This document shows, in pieces, positions 15,163-22,912 of a DNA stretch of 32,000 nt. The stretch covers positions 2,220,001 through 2,252,000 of the forward strand of contig NC_015067.1 in the NCBI RefSeq assembly GCF_000196555.1. The letters run 5' to 3'. The notes below the pieces were generated by a model, which saw only the letters and a list, made by a program, of their open reading frames with translations, was not told where the DNA came from and did not search any database. The first letter of the stretch is position 1. Each line of letters begins with the position of its first letter. The position numbers and the translations under genes are program-made. This stretch comes from Bifidobacterium longum subsp. longum JCM 1217 (GTDB lineage: Bacteria > Actinomycetota > Actinomycetes > Actinomycetales > Bifidobacteriaceae).

Positions 15163-18100
15163 TCAGATTTGACGCTTGCGCCAGATGATGAGGGCAGCGC
15201 CAGCGGCGGCTAGGAGGGCCATGAGGGCTACTGCGCCGAGGATGGCGGCACCGGTGTTGGCGGTTTCGTCGGCCTTGGGCTGTTCGGCGGTGGGCTTGGC
15301 CACGTTGACCGCGTCCCAGACCAGCGAATCGTCAGCGAACTGGACAGCGAACTTCGTGGCGCCCAGCTTCAGGTCGGCGGGCACAGTCACCACCACAGTG
15401 CCGTCCTTGGAGACGGTCACACCGGAGGCGACCAGCACGGCCTTGCCGTTGGAGAAGGCGTACACGTTCACCGTCTTGCCTGCGAATGCCTTGCCCACGT
15501 TCAACGTCAGCTTGGCACCCGGCTTTATGGATTCGGCGGTGATGAGGTCGTCCACATGGTTCGCGTCAGTCAGATCCTTCTCTGCCGGGGCGGGCTGCTC
15601 CGGCTTGCTCGGCTGCTCAGGCTGCTCTGGCTCGGTGGTGGTCTTCTTGGTGACGGTCACCGCGACGGAAGCGGACTTGGTGGCGTCTTCGGTAGACGTG
15701 GCGGTAATAGTTGCATTACCTTCAGCCACGGCCTTGACGTTGCCGTTCGCATCCACGGTTGCGATCTTCTCGTCGGAGGAGGTCCAGGTCACGGTCTTGG
15801 CGATATCACCGGTCACCGTCACGTCGGCGGTGAGAGTCGCTTCGCCGCCAACCTTGAGCTCCAGCTTGCCGTCCTTGACCTCGCTACCTGTGATGGCGAC
15901 GGAATCAACGGAAGGTGCCGGAGGAACGACCGGGTCGGTAACAGTCACGGTGATGGAAGCGGTCTTGCCGCCTGCGGTCGCGGTTACTGTTGCGGTGCCA
16001 GCCTTGACGGCCTTCACGAGACCGGTCTTGTCAACGGTCACGGCATCGCCCTCGACCGACCACGAGACCGCAGCATCATCTGCATCCGTCGGAGTGACAG
16101 TAGCAGTGAGCTTCACGGACTTGCCGGTTTCCAGAGCCAACTTGCCTTCAGCCACACCGTCGCCGAAAATGGCGATGGACTCGACCGGTACAGTCTTCTT
16201 GACCAGCTTGACCGTGTAGGTCTCGGTGGTCTTGCCGTCTGCGGCGGTGACGATGACCGTCACCACACCGTCATTGACGTTCACCTTGGCAGTGGCGCCG
16301 GAGTCGTTGGCCTCAAATACCACATCCGAAGCCTTAACAGCGGTCGGATCATCAACGGTCAGCGAAGCACCGTCCTCAGTAGCGGCAGCCGCAAGGTCAA
16401 CTGTCTGACCGGCCACGGTGAGGGACTTCAGCGTGGCATCGCTGGACGGAGTCGGAGTCGGCTCGTCACCCTTGTCCGGGTTGAAGAGATCGGCGGCGGT
16501 GACGGCACGGTTCCATACCTTGAAGTTGTCGATCTGACCACCGAAGTACGGGTCGTTATAGAACGACTTACCGAGGTAACCGGCAATGTTGTTTGTGCCA
16601 ACAAAGTCGGCGGCGGTCAGCGTGGTCGAGACCTGCTTGATCAGTTCGCCGTCAAGGTAGTAGGCAATGGACTTACCGCCCTTAACCACCACATCCACGT
16701 GAACCCACGTGTTCTTGGCCGGAGTGGAACCGGCAAGCTGAGTCTGGGTACCGGACTTCGAGGCCTCGACTCGTGTATTGGAACCACAGGAGACGATGTT
16801 CACCAAATAATCCTTGGTGTCCTTGCCCAACGCCCACGGGTAGATGCAGGTGTTGTTGCCGTCCCACTGGTAGTCGGCGGAAATGGTGATGTCCTTCTGG
16901 CTGGCATCAATCAGGCCGGCCGGAATCTGCACGTACGGAGACGCGGAGCCCTTGTCACCACCGGTCAGGGTGAGCGCCTTGCCATTGTCGGCATGGTCGC
17001 TTGCCGATGCGCCATCGTTCACGACCTTACCGTCGAGCTTGTCGCCTGCGGTACCAGTGTTGTCGATAGTGCCGTCCTTGACGATGGTGTCCGTGTCGAA
17101 GGTGTACTCAAGCACCGGATCACTGGCGGCGGGCACAGTGGCGTCGCCACGCACGATCTGCACCGAGTAGTGCTTCACGGCCTTGTGATCCTGCGCGTAG
17201 GAAGTGATTTCCACAGTGGTCACGTCGTCGGTCAGCGCGATGGTGCGGGCCTTGGTGTCATCGATGATGATGCCATCGACCTTGACGTAGGCACCGGCAT
17301 CCTTCACGCCGATGGTGGCATCGACGGACTCAGTACCGGCCGGAACGGTGAGCGTGTACTGGGTCTTGGAACCATCGAAGGTCGGGTCAAGAGTGCCCTT
17401 GTCGAAGGAAAGCGACTTCAGCGAGGCATCGGTAGACAACGCCGCAGCGTTCTGCATGCGCACGCCGTATACGCCGCCGACGAGACCGCCGGTGGACTTG
17501 AACAGCACGCGCACCTTGCCGTCCTTGGCCTCGGCAATCAGGTCGGCGGGCAGTTGCTGGACATCCCAGTAGAAGGCCTTCAAGCCCTTGTTCTCGATCG
17601 TGACGGTGTAGGTCTTCGCGTTGGCGGAGACCTCGCCCTTCGAGTTGTCGGCGACCGGGGTCGGATCCACGATCATGCTGAACGTGCGGCCCGCATCGGC
17701 GGACTGGTACTGGACGCTCAGGTAGTTCTTGGCATCGGCCTCAGTGTTCACCTTGAGATCGTAGCTGAACCAGCCGTCGGCCTTGGCGTCACGGTACTGC
17801 TTGTCCTCGTAGGTGCCGGCGTTGGAGTCGTCGGACTTAGCGGCGTTGTGAGCGAGCTCCTGCTGGAACTCGTTGTCGAAGGCGTCAACCGCGTCGATGA
17901 TGATCGACTGGGTTGCAGCGTCGGTCTTCTTCTTGAAGATGTTGTTCTGGTAGGTTTCGGAATCGACCTCGGCCATATCCCAGTAGATCGCGTACGTGGT
18001 CTTGTACGTGGAGTAGTAGGGTTGGAGCGTGAGGTCGGCGGCGTCACCGTCAACATTGGCGAACTTGAAGCTCAGGGTTTCGCGGTTGCCGGTGTTCGGA

Positions 18101-21100
18101 TCGTCGGTACGCACGAGGTTGCTGCCTTCGGACGCGTCCTCCTTGATGCCCTTGAGCCAGTCAGTGACCGAGCCAGAGGTCGGGATGACCGCAGCCTTGG
18201 CGTTGGCCTCGGAATCGTAGTTGGCCACGCGCACCTTGACACCACCGTAGGAGTAGTTCGTCTTGTAGTTGGTATCGGTCAGCGCACCGGCGAGTACGAC
18301 CGGGCCGTACTGGAAGGCGACCCAATCCTTGTTGTCGGCGGCATCGATGGCCTGCAACTTAGCGGGCAAGGTGTAGGTAATCTTGGCGCCATCCTTGATG
18401 GCGACCGTCACCCAACCGTTCTCGTCCTTAGTCAGAGCCTGCTCAGTACCGTCAACAACGAGCTTCACACCATTGGTGATGGCCCAGTCCGGCACGCGCA
18501 ACTTGAGGTTCGCGGAACCGGTACCGGAGACTTCGAACGTGACGTCCTCGGTTTTCGGCACATTGGCGGTCTGCGTGATGGTCAGGTTGTGGCGTGTGTC
18601 CGTGTAGGTGGACGACCAGAACATATTCACGTAAACATTGTTCTCGTCGGTGAAGTAGAAAGAATCGTTGAGCTTGGCGAAGTTCTCGATACCGGTACCC
18701 TGGCAGCACCAATACTCGCCAATCGCGCCGCCGAACCAGTCGGCGTCGTAGTCGGTGCCGGTGATGCCGAATACCTTCGGGTAGCCGGCCTTCATCGGCT
18801 GGAAGTACGTGGTCATACCGGTTTCCGGGTTCTGGGAGGCCACGATCGCGTTGATGAACGTGTGCTCGTAGTACTCGGAGTACTTGGAATCCTTGGTCAC
18901 CTGGAACAGGATGCGGGCCAGCTTGAGCATGTTGTACTCGTTGCAGGTCTCCACGGTGGAGAAGTTGCGGTAGCCGCCGTTCTGGTCGCCGTTCTGGGTG
19001 GCGTCCTTCCACAGTTCACCGGCCACGTGGAAGTGCTCGGACTGCGAGTTGCCGCCGTTCACATAGGTGTGATCCTTCACAACGATATCGAAGAAGTTCT
19101 GCGCAGCCTTCAGGTACAGGCTGGTGAGCTTGCCTCGCTCGTCGGCGGAAAGGCTGTTGTACAGGTCCTCATCCTCGGTGTAGGCCACGTATCGCTGCAT
19201 GGCACCGGTGAGCTTCGGAATCGTGGTGTTGGCGTGCAAGCCGTTGAGCGGATCCTGGCCATTGGCGAGCTTCTGGAACAGCGCGGTCTCATCGAACAGG
19301 TGCGCGGCCGTGAGCACGGTCTGCTTGTCGGATGCATCGGCGATTTCGGCGACCTGATAGAGGGCGTCATTCATGCCGCCGTATTCAGTGCGCAGCATGT
19401 CGGTGGAGGCGTGTGCGGACTTCCAGTTGACAACCCACTTGGCGAAGTCGACCGCGGCGGCCTTGGCGGTTTCGCGAGTTTCAGCGTCGGTGGAGTAGTC
19501 GTATGCCTGCACCATGCCGGCCTCAACCTTGTGCAGGTTGTAGAACGGCACGATCAGGCCGCCGCCACCGTTCGGCACCACGCTCGCGGAGAATGCGGGG
19601 AAGAAACCAGCGTTGGCGGTGTCCTTCTTGGCATAGGCTTCCTGCGCCTCACGGATGCCCTTGACTACAGCAGTGAGGTTTGCGGAGAGCTGGGCCTTCT
19701 GATCAGCCGTGGCAAAGGTGGAGCGCTGCGCCTGCGAGGCCGCGGAAATCCAGTGACCCACGAAGTGACCGGTGAAGCGTCCCGGTTTGCTGCTGCCGTC
19801 AGGGTTGCGGCTCTCGTCCGGGCCGTTCTCCCAACCGCCGTAGTTCTTCGCGCCCTTGGTGTCGAGACCGGCCTGTGCACGGAACTCGACCAGCAGACGG
19901 TCCGGCTCAAAGCTCAGCAGATACTCGACTTCCTTCTTACCGGCGTTCTGCAGGTATTCGTCGGCTACGGTGACGTTCTCCATGCCCTGCTCGGAGAGGT
20001 AGTTCTTAAGGTATTGCACGTCGTGTCCACCACCGTTTTCGGTCTGCGCTGGCACGGTGACGGTCACGGTTTTGGAAACGGCCTTGGAGCCGTAGGAGGC
20101 AGTGACGGTAATCTTTGCGGTGCCATCGGCCTCGCCCACAGCCGGACGGGTTACGACACCCTCATTGGAGATAACCGCTTCGTTATCGGAAGCGTACGTC
20201 AGCGTTGCACCATTGGCCGCTTCAGTGTTGAAGGTCAGGTTGGAGGTTGCCGAAGTAGCGATATTCACCTTGTCGAGCGCGGCCTGAGCCAGCGTGGTAG
20301 CGTCAAAACTCTTGTCACCGACCTTGACTTCACGCTCCGCATCGGCGGTGTTGGCCACGGTATTCCACAGTTTCACGTCATCCAACATACCGGTGAGCTG
20401 GCCACCGGAAGCATGGGCACCATTCCAGCCGATGTACTTGGTGGTGTCGTCGGCCACGATGGTGCCGGCAGAAGCGGTGTTATCAGAGGCAGCAGTCTGC
20501 GCCTCACCATTGATGTAGAACTTCGCGGTCTTGGTCTTGGCATCGAACGTGACCATCACATGGGTCCACGTGTTCACAGGGAAGACATCCGCGCGCTTGC
20601 CTGACAGGTTGAATTCGAGCGGCTGGCCGGAGCCGGAGCCGCCGGAGCCCACGCCGACCGACAGCACGAGCGGCTTAGTATCAGAATTGGAACTCAGGTA
20701 CCAACCGTTTTCGTTGTACTTGCCCTTGCCCCACATCAGAATCTGCTCGCCGGTCATCGTCTTGCTGGGGTTCCACCAGAACGAGAGCGACAGGCTTTCC
20801 GGCTGGAGCTTCTGGCTTGCGCCAAGGCTGAGCGCGCCTTGGCTCAGCGTAATGGCCTTGCCATCCACGCCGTCAACATAGGTGGCGGTGCCCTTATATT
20901 CGGTGACGGTGTTTGCAGCGGCACTGTTGTCGGTCAGGTTGCCGTCGAAACCGAGATCGAGCACCTTGTTAGTATCACTTGTGGCCGGCTGAATGCTGGA
21001 GTCCACTTCTGCAGCCCCAGCCGTTCCCGCAGTCATGAGCGTGAACACCATCGGTATTGCAGCTACCGCCGCAATACCTTTGCGCCACGCGCCTTTCCCT

Positions 21101-21117
21101 TTATCGATAGTTCTCAT
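15163..21117 (-). CDS. Giant (1984-aa) membrane-anchored extracellular glycosidase with a GH127/GH146-type (DUF1680, HypBA1-like) beta-L-arabinofuranosidase catalytic domain. It also carries two LamG (concanavalin-like) modules, cadherin-like modules, two Big_2 Ig-like domains and a Pro-rich linker.
   Basis: SD AGGAGAGG lies 10 nt upstream of the ATG at 21117. The signal peptide is MRTIDKGKGAWRKGIAAVAAIPMVFTLMTAGTAGA. YLLSFEPDRLLVEFRAQAGL...GGWE...GHFVGHWISA matches the GH127 N-terminal signature. STVETCNEYN (E723, C725; nt 18951..18943) and YWCCQGTG (C804, C805; nt 18708..18703) match the Glu-x-Cys / Cys-Cys zinc and nucleophile constellation known from HypBA1 (E338, C340, C417, C418). The C-terminus has the TM segment AAILGAVALMALLAAAGAALII followed by WRKRQI. 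Confidence 0.9.
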   Translation of the reverse strand: MRTIDKGKGAWRKGIAAVAAIPMVFTLMTAGTAGAAEVDSSIQPATSDTNKVLDLGFDGNLTDNSAAANTVTEYKGTATYVDGVDGKAITLSQGALSLGASQKLQPESLSLSFWWNPSKTMTGEQILMWGKGKYNENGWYLSSNSDTKPLVLSVGVGSGGSGSGQPLEFNLSGKRADVFPVNTWTHVMVTFDAKTKTAKFYINGEAQTAASDNTASAGTIVADDTTKYIGWNGAHASGGQLTGMLDDVKLWNTVANTADAEREVKVGDKSFDATTLAQAALDKVNIATSATSNLTFNTEAANGATLTYASDNEAVISNEGVVTRPAVGEADGTAKITVTASYGSKAVSKTVTVTVPAQTENGGGHDVQYLKNYLSEQGMENVTVADEYLQNAGKKEVEYLLSFEPDRLLVEFRAQAGLDTKGAKNYGGWENGPDESRNPDGSSKPGRFTGHFVGHWISAASQAQRSTFATADQKAQLSANLTAVVKGIREAQEAYAKKDTANAGFFPAFSASVVPNGGGGLIVPFYNLHKVEAGMVQAYDYSTDAETRETAKAAAVDFAKWVVNWKSAHASTDMLRTEYGGMNDALYQVAEIADASDKQTVLTAAHLFDETALFQKLANGQDPLNGLHANTTIPKLTGAMQRYVAYTEDEDLYNSLSADERGKLTSLYLKAAQNFFDIVVKDHTYVNGGNSQSEHFHVAGELWKDATQNGDQNGGYRNFSTVETCNEYNMLKLARILFQVTKDSKYSEYYEHTFINAIVASQNPETGMTTYFQPMKAGYPKVFGITGTDYDADWFGGAIGEYWCCQGTGIENFAKLNDSFYFTDENNVYVNMFWSSTYTDTRHNLTITQTANVPKTEDVTFEVSGTGSANLKLRVPDWAITNGVKLVVDGTEQALTKDENGWVTVAIKDGAKITYTLPAKLQAIDAADNKDWVAFQYGPVVLAGALTDTNYKTNYSYGGVKVRVANYDSEANAKAAVIPTSGSVTDWLKGIKEDASEGSNLVRTDDPNTGNRETLSFKFANVDGDAADLTLQPYYSTYKTTYAIYWDMAEVDSETYQNNIFKKKTDAATQSIIIDAVDAFDNEFQQELAHNAAKSDDSNAGTYEDKQYRDAKADGWFSYDLKVNTEADAKNYLSVQYQSADAGRTFSMIVDPTPVADNSKGEVSANAKTYTVTIENKGLKAFYWDVQQLPADLIAEAKDGKVRVLFKSTGGLVGGVYGVRMQNAAALSTDASLKSLSFDKGTLDPTFDGSKTQYTLTVPAGTESVDATIGVKDAGAYVKVDGIIIDDTKARTIALTDDVTTVEITSYAQDHKAVKHYSVQIVRGDATVPAASDPVLEYTFDTDTIVKDGTIDNTGTAGDKLDGKVVNDGASASDHADNGKALTLTGGDKGSASPYVQIPAGLIDASQKDITISADYQWDGNNTCIYPWALGKDTKDYLVNIVSCGSNTRVEASKSGTQTQLAGSTPAKNTWVHVDVVVKGGKSIAYYLDGELIKQVSTTLTAADFVGTNNIAGYLGKSFYNDPYFGGQIDNFKVWNRAVTAADLFNPDKGDEPTPTPSSDATLKSLTVAGQTVDLAAAATEDGASLTVDDPTAVKASDVVFEANDSGATAKVNVNDGVVTVIVTAADGKTTETYTVKLVKKTVPVESIAIFGDGVAEGKLALETGKSVKLTATVTPTDADDAAVSWSVEGDAVTVDKTGLVKAVKAGTATVTATAGGKTASITVTVTDPVVPPAPSVDSVAITGSEVKDGKLELKVGGEATLTADVTVTGDIAKTVTWTSSDEKIATVDANGNVKAVAEGNATITATSTEDATKSASVAVTVTKKTTTEPEQPEQPSKPEQPAPAEKDLTDANHVDDLITAESIKPGAKLTLNVGKAFAGKTVNVYAFSNGKAVLVASGVTVSKDGTVVVTVPADLKLGATKFAVQFADDSLVWDAVNVAKPTAEQPKADETANTGAAILGAVALMALLAAAGAALIIWRKRQI

Positions 21118-21146
21118 ACGTTGAGAGCCTCTCCTACTTTGACCCC

Positions 21147-21167
21147 ATTGTTATCAAATTGTTATCA
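21147..21167 (-). promoter_or_regulatory. Tandem 10-bp direct repeat (minus strand TGATAACAAT-T-TGATAACAAT) immediately upstream of the SD of the 1984-aa gene
   Basis: Plus-strand ATTGTTATCA occurs at 21147..21156 and 21158..21167, an 11-bp period. It lies about 12 nt upstream of the SD. Its function is unknown. Confidence 0.3.
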
Positions 21168-21704
21168 GGCTGGATGCTGCGTCCATCGAACACAACAGCG
21201 GCGGCTCCTTCCACCGCCCAACCCAATATGCACCCGCATCACTGTGGGGAGCGTGACACCAAGCCAAAAACCCACGAAACACAAGAGATTCGCAGAATCC
21301 CAGCGCAGCATCAGCACACTGTGTAAGTGTTTATGCATTATACCGTTAGCGCTCACTGAAATACAGACAGGGAGGCAGGGGGTATCCGTCGAAGCAATTT
21401 CCGCACATCACATCTGTGCGTTTGGACAGCATATACCGCATAAACCATATCGGACATACCATTGATTCTTCTCTGCCAGACCGGCGACCCTCTCATAAGC
21501 CGGTCTTCTTCGCGCAGCTCACGCGATTTTCGCTTATGCACCGACGTGTGGCATGCAGTTCGCTCTGCTTGCCACACACTAGCAGCCACTGACCGACACC
21601 GACAACGAATCTCAATACGGACTTGCGAGCCAATCGAGTCGCTGCAATGAACACGCAATCGCGCCGCCGAGGCAACCTGAAAATCTCAAACACAACGTCA
21701 AAAG

Positions 21705-22808
21705 ATGACAGAGTACGAAATCTACAGCTACGAAGCGTTTCGCCGCAAATACGAGGACGAAATACGCATCGTGGAACGCGCCGAAGCCGATGACCTCAAC
21801 CAAGACTCCCTACTGCGGCATGAACTCGCGCTCAAAAGTGAGCGCCCACATTTTGCGCGGATGGACGAATCACACATTCTGGAACTCACCAGCGTTTTGC
21901 GGAACGGAAAGCCGACACTAGCCGGGATTATGCTATTTTCCACGTATCCACAGGCATTCTTCCCTCAGTTATCTATCATCGCAACGCGAATCCCCGGCAC
22001 GCAAATCGGCGATACAAGGCCAAACGAAGAACGGTTCATCGACAATGCTCGCATTGAGGGGCCGCTTGACGAACAGCTGCGCGGAGCCATCGCCTTTATA
22101 CGCAAGAATATTCGCACAACAACTATCATCTCTCCCGAAAACGGCGAAAGAATGGATGCCGCTGAATATCCAATTGAGGCCGTCCGCGAATTGATATTAA
22201 ATGCACTCATACACCGTGACTACAGCATCCACACACAGGGTATGCCGATACAGCTGCAGATTCTCGACGATCGTATGACCATCATCAATCCCGGTAGCCT
22301 ATATGGAAGGCTCACCATCGATCAGCTTGGCACTATTCAACCAGATACACGCAATCCAGTTATCGCAAATGCGCTGGAGGTTCTACGAGTGACGAAGAAT
22401 CGTTATTCTGGTATCCCCACCGTACGCAGACTTGCTTCAGAAACGGGAATGGCCGCTCCATTATTCGAAAACACTCGTGGAGAGTTCAGAGCCACGTTGT
22501 ATTCGCCTCTCGCCCGAACTACGTTGCCATCCGTTATGAGTCACGAAGCGTTCAACCGACTGGACTATCAGGCAAACGGTCAGAGGCCTAATTCCCGGCG
22601 CAGAATCCGGCCCGAAGAGCGTAATGCCGCAATTCTGCAATTCTGTGCAACACCGAGAGCCCGCCGACAAATCGCAAACTTCATTGGGCTGGATAGCACT
22701 GCATATGCAATGCGCACTTATGTGCAACCATTGGTCGTACCTGGTCAACTTGTTCTAGGCTTGCCCGACAAACCGCAGAGCAGTAACCAAACCTATCGCA
22801 CTGCATAG
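21705..22808 (+). CDS. AlbA_2-family paralog lacking the AlbA_2 N-domain (HATPase_c_4-like region + wHTH only). Either a truncated derivative (pseudogene) or a short variant.
   Basis: 367-aa ORF. AVRELILNALIHRDYS, TRNPVIANALEVL and the C-terminal ILQFCATPRARRQIANFIGLDSTAYAMRTYVQPLV..PDKPQSSNQTYRT (wHTH) parallel the C-terminal two thirds of the 4603..6129 product. There is an in-frame TGA at 21678..21680 and no SD before the ATG. GC is lower than the surroundings. Confidence 0.7.
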   Translation: MTEYEIYSYEAFRRKYEDEIRIVERAEADDLNQDSLLRHELALKSERPHFARMDESHILELTSVLRNGKPTLAGIMLFSTYPQAFFPQLSIIATRIPGTQIGDTRPNEERFIDNARIEGPLDEQLRGAIAFIRKNIRTTTIISPENGERMDAAEYPIEAVRELILNALIHRDYSIHTQGMPIQLQILDDRMTIINPGSLYGRLTIDQLGTIQPDTRNPVIANALEVLRVTKNRYSGIPTVRRLASETGMAAPLFENTRGEFRATLYSPLARTTLPSVMSHEAFNRLDYQANGQRPNSRRRIRPEERNAAILQFCATPRARRQIANFIGLDSTAYAMRTYVQPLVVPGQLVLGLPDKPQSSNQTYRTA

Positions 22809-22857
22809 CCGTAACAAGCGCCCCCAACGCCAGATAGGTATGAGCCCTAAGGCCCAA

Positions 22858-22904
22858 TTGCAAAAAACTCTCACTGAGGAGTGCTCAGTGAGAGTTTTTT
22901 GCAA
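22858..22904. terminator. Perfect bidirectional intrinsic terminator, copy 3 of the palindromic element
   Basis: 19-bp perfect arms GCAAAAAACTCTCACTGAG (22860..22878) / CTCAGTGAGAGTTTTTTGC (22884..22902) with loop GAGTG. It lies between the convergent genes ending at 22808 (+) and 22913 (-). Confidence 0.75.
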
Positions 22905-22912
22905 ATGAGGGG

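Noticed and set aside
15556-20604. 1682-aa plus-strand ORF
   Set aside because: It is a shadow ORF antisense to the 1984-aa GH127-like gene. It has a low-complexity G/V/R/L composition and no domain motifs. The minus-strand product has clear signal peptide, catalytic and anchor features.
21165-21356. 63-aa minus-strand ORF in the leader of the GH127-like gene, with a hydrophobic stretch LLCFVGFWLGVTLPTV
   Set aside because: It has no SD before either candidate start. It overlaps the putative promoter, and nothing supports it beyond being open. It could only be revisited with Ribo-seq data.
21440-21580. Hairpins AGACCGGC-N13-GCCGGTCT (about 21479..21507) and GTGTGGCA-N16-TGCCACAC (about 21546..21577) as a small RNA or terminator
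   Set aside because: The stems are only 8 bp, the loops are large, there is no U-tail on either strand, and there is no conserved context that I can verify. That is insufficient to call an RNA gene.
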